DNA of 64,000 nucleotides. Origin: Octopus sinensis (lineage: Eukaryota). The stretch spans positions 123,504,001-123,568,000 of the forward strand of contig NC_043000.1 in NCBI RefSeq assembly GCF_006345805.1. Reading direction: 5' to 3'. The notes beneath the pieces were generated by a model, which saw only the letters and a program-made list of their open reading frames with translations, was not told the DNA's origin and searched no databases. Position numbers and translations under genes: made by a program. Positions 58,285 to 64,000 of the stretch are shown here, in pieces (the stretch's first letter is position 1; each line of letters opens with the position of its first letter).

Positions 58285-61200
58285 TATATATAAATAAAGA
58301 GAGAGAGAGAGAGAGAGAGAGTTACGTTCAGTCTGACTGTGCAGCTCTGTAGACGTGTCTTCTACTATTGCCTTGAGCTGACTTTGCCTTGTAAGCAGAA
58401 TTGGTGAATGGAAACTGCATGGAAAGTGGAAACCCATGATGTGCATATATATAACACATTCACGCGTCTACTATAAAGCCATCTCCCTCTCTACTACACT
58501 TCAACTCAGTCAAAGAGTCTTGTCTTGTAAGATACACAACAACATCATTAGTGCCAATACAACAAAAACAGCATCCACTGTACTCTGGATATTTCCACGA
58601 TTTGTTTAGGTTAGATACAAAGTATTAACCCATCAAACCTACCTCATCCAAGAAATGACTTAAGTAGACTACAGAAAATGACCGAAACAAAATATGATGA
58701 AGACTACCCAAAACATATGATTATGATGCTATTGTAGCAATTGATGAAGACAATACACAAAGCTACATAACACGAGTGCAAGGGATAGCTGAAGATCAAA
58801 TACAAACGAATAATCTAGGACATGTTAGAATGAGACTATTCCAAGACAAATTTGGAAGTGAAAGTGCCAGGGTTTAGAAAGAGCCAGGGAGGTGGAACAG
58901 ACAGAACAACAGAAAAGTTGCATTTTGAAAATAGAATAACAACCTGTAATTTGGGACGAAGATAGTTTCAGGGATAGAAGCTTTTTCTCCAGACTTCAGA
59001 TTTCCAAATTGCATATTTCTTTGACCACAATTCACCTGGGCATTAGCTGAACAAGGAGCTGATGAAGTATACTGGCAGTAAGGGTAGCTATAAAAACTTG
59101 GATAACCTCCATAGTAAGGGTAGCTATATTGATACCAATACTGAGAGTATGATTGGCCACCCACATGGGGATAGGATGCCGTTTGGTTTGAAAAGAAAGA
59201 CGAACTTGGCGGGGTAGTATTAAATGTTTGAGGATTAGAAACAGATGTAGGAGATGTGGATGGAGATTGATAATTAGGAGATGTTGAATTGAAACCATCA
59301 GAAACTGGTGCCACTGGAGAAGAAGAATAAAAGGACGAAGTTTGTGGTCCTGAATAAGAATAATTCTCTGACTGTTGCCATGATGTAAAGTATGATGTTG
59401 TTGGATAACAACTGTTCTGTTGTTGATTAAAGTTTGGGGGCATGTTGTAATTATTTTGTTGTGTGGTTGACAGAAAACCAGTATTGACCGCCTGATACTG
59501 GTGGTGGGTCTTGTTTTTATTATGTTGTTGGGAGGGCAGCTCACAATGTGTTGTGGGGCTTGAGTTAGACATGTAACCATTATTTAAATTGTTATGCTGC
59601 TCCATAGCTGAATAGTAACCATTGTTTATGTTGTTAGATTGCTTCATAGCTGGGTTGTAGCTATTCTGGTTACAGCCTGATTGCTCTACAGCTAAGTAAT
59701 TATTGTTGTTATCATTGTTGTTTGACACTCTTGTAGCCAGATAATTGTTATTGTTGGATAACTCAGTTTTTGGGTTAATGCTATTGCTAGATAACCCCAT
59801 GGCTGGATAATTATAATTGTAGTTACTTCTGCAATTATTAGCTGGGTAGTTAACGCAATTATTGGTGGCAGTGAATTTATAATTATTGTTGTTACTAGGC
59901 ACACTTTGCTGTGAGTATTTTGCAGAAGATGAAGAGGTTTGCTCCTTTGGACCAGAATATAAACAGTACTGTTGATTATAATAACCAGCAGGGTTTGGTG
60001 AATAAGGCCTTCCATTTTGATAACCATGCAATGGTGTCGCCCAACCACAGTTCTGATTATATGGCAAATAATTATTATTTAATTTATTGCAATTTTGTTC
60101 AAAATCTGAAGAATTCTGCAAACTAGTATCCTGAGAACAACTTTGCTGACTTTTATTTTTTTGATTTTTCTCCTTTTTTGTTTTATTCTTTTTCCTTTCC
60201 AAAGAAGTTTCTTTTACTTTCTGAGAAGTATCTGGTTTCATTAACTGACTTGATGTGCATGAAATACCACCAGATGCTGGAGAAAGAGGATGATATAAGT
60301 AAGACGGTGGGGCACAGGCTCCAAAACTTGGCTTCTGCCACTCATTTGCAGCAGCCATTGCTGTGCCAGACATTGTATATGTAGAACCATACGAATTAGA
60401 ATAATTGTGGTAGGGATTCTGCCACTGGTTGGGATAGCTATAGGAATCAGAGACTTCGGTAGAATGCCTGGATGGAAAAGAGTGAAGTTGTAGGTCAGTA
60501 GAACATGCCAAGTTGAAAACTGACCACAGTTAAAGATTGAAATTTATAGAAAATAATATTTAAAAAGAATAAAATATAAGTTTTACATTTAAAAAAATAT
60601 CATTTGAAAATTTTCAATATATCATCTGAATATATCATTATCTACATCTGTAGAAAAAAATTAACTTCAAATTGAAAGTGGAAAGACTTTCAAACATCTG
60701 AAAATGACAGTCATTTGGATTTTGGAAAGATAAGTGGACAACAAGTGGACAAAAGCATTAAAGATCAAAGATAAACAATACAGACATGTAAAGGGTCAAC
60801 TTCTTTGACACAGTATAATTAATATAACAGTATATGTACAAGCATGGGAAAGGAAACACGAAAAAACATTTAAAAGTAGTTATTTTACTAATTGGTGACC
60901 AGATAATGAAGATAGATTTCAAGTTGATATATTTGAAAAAAATGGAAATCAAAGAATAAAACCTATAATGCTTGGCAAAAACTACTTACTCCTACAAACT
61001 GCACAGCTTTAATCTAACACAGTAACTCCAGCAAAGCTCATCATCTGAACAGCTCAGCCAACAAGCAAGCTGTCCCACTTGCCAAACTGCAGCTGAAATT
61101 TTTGGCCCTTTGCCAAAAGGATCAATAAACTAAGCAGAATGATCTTTAGCTGCACTCCTCAACTATGAAGATTCCACAAGCTAAACAACTGTGAAGAAAA

Positions 61201-61830
61201 CCTCTATGCTACGTCTTTTCACATCCAATTCCACACAGCACACACACTTGATAAACCTCTAAAACAGTCCTTTCCACTCCACTAAGGTCATCATACCTAA
61301 TGGTTGGTGTAGCAACATCATATTCAACTGTTACAAAGGTATGGTCATATGATTTTTATAGATGAGGATAAAGAAATGTCAACTGCTAAATGTATAAGGA
61401 ACCTATAGAGGAAGGAGACCCAGAAAGATGTGAGAAGATTACCTCAAAATGTTGAACCTCTCATAGATGAGAAGGGAGGAGATGAATGGTGATATGCTGT
61501 AGCTAAAAAGACTCGCCCATCTCATAAAAAATGAGGTACTGTTAAGCCTTCCCCTGCAACTATATCTTCTAACATCCATCCCTCCATCAATATTCTGTGG
61601 TACTACTCACTCAGGCGCTGTAAATGTTACCTTTTATGCACCCTATACTTCACATTGTATCCCAACTACTGTCCCTTATCACTTGACCCACTTCTATTTT
61701 CATTCCTCAACTTAACCTCTTCCAAACTGATAAGCATTGTGTCCACTACAATCCCATCTTTAATCATTTGTCATCCTCATTTCACTCTAGCACACTTACC
61801 TAGCCACCCACCTTTTCTATTCCCTGTCCT

Positions 61831-61865
<35 letters not shown>

Positions 61866-62832
61866 TCACCTTGTACCTTGACCTTACATCTCTTTTTCTT
61901 TCACTTTCTTTCCAGATAGGGAAGCAGTATATTCACCGCTTCAACAAGACACCTGCCCCATCATATTTTCATATCCCTCAATACTATACCCCACTCAGCA
62001 GAGAGGTTTCCTCTAGCAAGACTTGGTGACTTCACCAGTGCTGATGCCACAAAAAAAGCAATCTGTACATTCTATGAAATAGAAAGCCATCCAGCAATAT
62101 AAACCATGCCAAAACAGACATTGTAAGTTAAAGTCAAACTGTCCAACCCATGCTAACATTGAAAAAGGAACATTAAATGATGGTGATGATACATTGTGTA
62201 AAAAAAAAAAAAATGACCAAATGGTCAATGAAATGCATGTCATATCTGTTTTATCAGAAATGACCTAGGGCTAAACAGCTATCTAAGAGTTGGATGTCAA
62301 ATTACAATCAGCATCACTTTAGCCGTTAAATATAAAACCCTCAGCTAACAACTTACATTTTCCATTTCGGCTCATTTTGAAACTGAACTGTCAACAGGTC
62401 TTCATCTTGGTCAGTCCCCAACCTATGGTAATATAGCTTATTATACAGATTGGTGGTTGTTTCTGTGCCATCTGATTTGCCTTCAACAGGATATCTCTGC
62501 AGAAACGAAAGAGAACAACTGATGAATGTAACAAGAACAGGTCGGTTTTAATAAGAGAATGCATCTATATGTAAATGACAAATTTTAACCAAGGTTCAAG
62601 GAATTGTTGTAGAGACATTGTCAGAAATGCTAACCCCAAACACCAAATAAACCTGAGATGAAGATCATTAGATTCTTTATGAAAAAAAACTATTAGAAAA
62701 AAAACAAAAAAAAGAAACAATAATACTTACGTTGTAAAACATTCCTTTGTTATCATGAGTCCATGCCATGCTTGAGAATTTCACATGCTTTAGTGTATCA
62801 GGAAGATCCTCACCAGATGGAGCTTTTTTGAA
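40992..62832 (-). CDS. PREP: Prolyl endopeptidase (prolyl oligopeptidase, S9A), 3' 16 exons, 555 aa; 5' exons beyond the window end
   Basis: Exons 62731-62832, 62357-62496, 56450-56565, 55988-56037, 54213-54308, 54013-54117, 51985-52089, 51266-51346, 50379-50492, 48697-48845, 47552-47668, 46223-46318, 44375-44476, 42861-43017, 42467-42535 and 40992-41060 join in frame (1668 nt). Motifs: [32 protein letters not shown] (Ser), TADHDDRV (Asp), KAGHG (His). Confidence 0.96.
42467..42535 (-). CDS. PREP: PREP exon with catalytic His ([23 protein letters not shown])
   Basis: tgcag| and |gtaagt. Confidence 0.96.
42861..43017 (-). CDS. PREP: PREP exon with catalytic Asp (YSPLHN...[19 protein letters not shown]...)
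   Basis: ttcag| and |gtaaga. Confidence 0.97.
44375..44476 (-). CDS. PREP: PREP exon ([24 protein letters not shown]...)
   Basis: ttcag| and |gtaaga. Confidence 0.96.
46075..46194 (+). mobile_element. Helitron 3' end (5' end not located)
   Basis: cccgagcaaggccgtgttattctgCTAG|T terminus, 28 nt from a PREP donor site. Confidence 0.55.
46223..46318 (-). CDS. PREP: PREP exon with catalytic Ser ([25 protein letters not shown]...QV)
   Basis: taaag| and |gtaagt; G.SNGG nucleophile elbow. Confidence 0.96.
46375..46783 (-). mobile_element. Family-B SINE composite
   Basis: Two partial bodies in tandem. Confidence 0.72.
47027..47415 (+). mobile_element. SINE family A
   Basis: Same family, near full length. 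Confidence 0.88.
47552..47668 (-). CDS. PREP: PREP exon ([10 protein letters not shown]...[16 protein letters not shown]...)
   Basis: actag| and |gtaagt. Confidence 0.96.
48350..48662 (+). mobile_element. Third SINE family (tRNA-like head, A-rich tail)
   Basis: ggtgcaatggcccagtgg...ggtttcaattccc head; gcgatggagtggcgtcccgtccag core; taaataaataaa tail. Confidence 0.6.
48697..48845 (-). CDS. PREP: PREP exon ([21 protein letters not shown]...ANIRGG)
   Basis: ttcag| and |gtaagt. Confidence 0.96.
49403..49790 (-). mobile_element. SINE family A
   Basis: Same family, near full length. Confidence 0.88.
50379..50492 (-). CDS. PREP: PREP exon (VFRTIKV...[20 protein letters not shown])
   Basis: aacag| and |gtaaga; YPSKDGT.IPMF motif. 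Confidence 0.95.
51266..51346 (-). CDS. PREP: PREP exon ([27 protein letters not shown])
   Basis: tgtag| (duplicated acceptor, see findings) and |gtaagt; SFL.PGIIY motif. Confidence 0.93.
51985..52089 (-). CDS. PREP: PREP exon ([35 protein letters not shown])
   Basis: tctag| and |gtgagt. Confidence 0.93.
52775..53240 (-). mobile_element. RTE 3' UTR fragment with diverged ~60-bp units
   Basis: catcatcatcg tail; ggatacccttcctaatgccaaccact. Confidence 0.78.
54013..54117 (-). CDS. PREP: PREP exon ([35 protein letters not shown])
   Basis: cacag| and |gtaatt; 95-nt upstream intron. Confidence 0.95.
54213..54308 (-). CDS. PREP: PREP exon ([32 protein letters not shown])
   Basis: tacag| and |gtaatt. 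Confidence 0.95.
54480..54877 (-). mobile_element. Dimeric family-B SINE
   Basis: Full unit followed by a 5'-truncated unit. Confidence 0.8.
55371..55784 (-). mobile_element. Dimeric family-B SINE
   Basis: Same dimer junction as 54480-54877. Confidence 0.8.
55988..56037 (-). CDS. PREP: PREP exon ([16 protein letters not shown])
   Basis: ttcag| and |gtaact; VKLIDNF motif. Confidence 0.92.
56450..56565 (-). CDS. PREP: PREP exon ([27 protein letters not shown]...)
   Basis: tacag| and |gtaaac; EGCDPVNRL motif. Confidence 0.95.
58874..60511 (-). CDS. Uncharacterised low-complexity S/N/Q/Y/P-rich ORF (545 codons; first ATG at 60373) nested in a PREP intron; independent gene or giant alternative PREP exon
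   Basis: Longest ORF in the window (1638 nt) in AT-rich DNA; no transposon motifs or repeat-family sequence recognised; basic patch [15 protein letters not shown]; internal N/Y repeats. Confidence 0.7.
   Translation of the reverse strand: MACSTDLQLHSFPSRHSTEVSDSYSYPNQWQNPYHNYSNSYGSTYTMSGTAMAAANEWQKPSFGACAPPSYLYHPLSPASGGISCTSSQLMKPDTSQKVKETSLERKKNKTKKEKNQKNKSQQSCSQDTSLQNSSDFEQNCNKLNNNYLPYNQNCGWATPLHGYQNGRPYSPNPAGYYNQQYCLYSGPKEQTSSSSAKYSQQSVPSNNNNYKFTATNNCVNYPANNCRSNYNYNYPAMGLSSNSINPKTELSNNNNYLATRVSNNNDNNNNYLAVEQSGCNQNSYNPAMKQSNNINNGYYSAMEQHNNLNNGYMSNSSPTTHCELPSQQHNKNKTHHQYQAVNTGFLSTTQQNNYNMPPNFNQQQNSCYPTTSYFTSWQQSENYSYSGPQTSSFYSSSPVAPVSDGFNSTSPNYQSPSTSPTSVSNPQTFNTTPPSSSFFSNQTASYPHVGGQSYSQYWYQYSYPYYGGYPSFYSYPYCQYTSSAPCSANAQVNCGQRNMQFGNLKSGEKASIPETIFVPNYRLLFYFQNATFLLFCLFHLPGSF
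62357..62496 (-). CDS. PREP: PREP exon ([33 protein letters not shown]...EPKWK)
   Basis: AG/GT boundaries; ends in phase 2 (AT|gtaagt). Confidence 0.95.
62731..62832 (-). CDS. PREP: PREP exon ([34 protein letters not shown])
   Basis: AG/GT boundaries; propeller motif. Confidence 0.95.
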
Positions 62833-63225
62833 CTGAAAGAAATAAAAATTCATATACACTTTTTTAATGATTTTAAGCAAATTAATGTATGCAAACTTTT
62901 CACTTAGTAATTTGAAATTCATAATATGGCCATTTTCATAAACCAAATTCAAAGTTAAATCAATGCAACAAAAATAATTTTCAACTTATATCAAAATTTC
63001 ATCTTAAAAATTTCACAAGAAAAATAAATCATGTTTGTCTACATTATTTGTATTATAAATTTACGGTAAAAATATTTCTTTATCTTCACCCGTTTAATAC
63101 AATAAATGAGTATTGCAGTTAAAAACATTTATGTATTAAGAATCTGGGTACTTTACCAACAGTATATTGGATAAATACTATCCCATAGTGGGTTACACCC
63201 ATAACCCCTATCTTACTTTGTATTA

Positions 63226-63480
63226 TATATACATATATATACATACACACACACGCATATATACACACACACACATGCATATATATATATATACACACAC
63301 GCATATATATATATATACACACACGCATATATATATATATACATACACACACGCATATATATATATATACACACACGCATATATATATATATACACACAC
63401 GCATATACATATATACACACACACGCACATACATATATACACACACACGCACATACATATATATACATACATACATACAT

Positions 63481-63516
<36 letters not shown>
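63226..63516. repeat. Compound (TA)/(CA)/CGCA microsatellite
   Basis: Direct reading; explains the spurious ORFs at 63119-63642. Confidence 0.95.
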
Positions 63517-63518
<2 letters not shown>

Positions 63519-64000
63519 GAACTGCCTTAAAGCCTTGAAACTCTACTCTCTCCAGTGCCGTTGCGAGTGGTACATTATTTGCACGATATGGAGAATGTAC
63601 TGCCAGCATTGTCCAAACCTGACCATTAGCTTCAAGGTTCATCCAAAACTGGGACCATGGGCCATACGTCCCCTGCCCAATTCAGGATCACAACATATAG
63701 GTACACTGCGACAATTTCTTTTCCTCAACAGGCCCTCCCCAGTTTAACATTGTCCCAAAAGGCAATAAAAAACAATGTTGACCATAAGCAATACTTAAAT
63801 TTTCTGGGCAAGTACCTGTGACATGTTTCAGTATTATTCTGAACTCGGTGAAGTACAACCTCCCAGTACTTAAATACCCAAATATTCTTCATTGAAGCTA
63901 TACACCACTAAGGAGGTCAGAATAATATCAAAATGTAGGATTTAATAATACCAAAATATAGGAACATCTGTCTTGGACTAACATTTTCTTTCTTTTTCTC

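Noticed and set aside
58701-58877. Short + strand open frame ([22 protein letters not shown]...ESARV*) whose stop overlaps the nested ORF stop
   Set aside because: Only about 58 codons, no early Met or clear splice sites, no recognisable family; possibly an old retroelement fragment.
59032-60048. Alternative-frame ORFs 59032-59580 and 59692-60048
   Set aside because: Shadows of the low-complexity 545-codon ORF; AAC/AAT-rich sequence is stop-poor in neighbouring frames.
63119-63642. Several 90-140-aa ORFs rich in Y/I/C/V/H/T
   Set aside because: Translations of a compound dinucleotide microsatellite; the same applies to similar ORFs at 3216, 9276, 18780 and 26360.

Overview
Eukaryotic, AT-rich genomic DNA. 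The SINE, RTE and microsatellite content looks like an Octopus (coleoid cephalopod) genome; this is recognition from memory, not a database result. Two convergent multi-exon genes were reconstructed by hand from GT-AG boundaries with consistent phases. (1) A gamma-glutamyl transpeptidase (GGT) family gene on the + strand: 14 exons from 6368/6381 to 38312, 563 aa from the ATG at 6381, with the catalytic Thr motif G|TAHVSV intact. (2) The 3' 16 exons of prolyl endopeptidase (PREP) on the - strand, 62832 to 40992, 555 aa, with the Ser/Asp/His triad intact; the 5' exons lie beyond the window. Introns are packed with RTE LINEs, tRNA-derived SINEs, and mariner, Tigger, Tc2-like, piggyBac-like, Helitron and Penelope relics. 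The most striking unexplained feature is a 545-codon S/N/Q/Y/P-rich, prion-like ORF (58874-60511, -) nested in the same orientation in a PREP intron. It has an AG and a GT placed so that it could splice in frame into PREP as a 1524-nt cassette exon. Other notable items are a 21-nt tandem duplication of a PREP splice acceptor that would introduce a stop, long fold-back hairpins near exons, inverted SINEs flanking two PREP exons, and a PHD-type finger inside the RTE ORF2.
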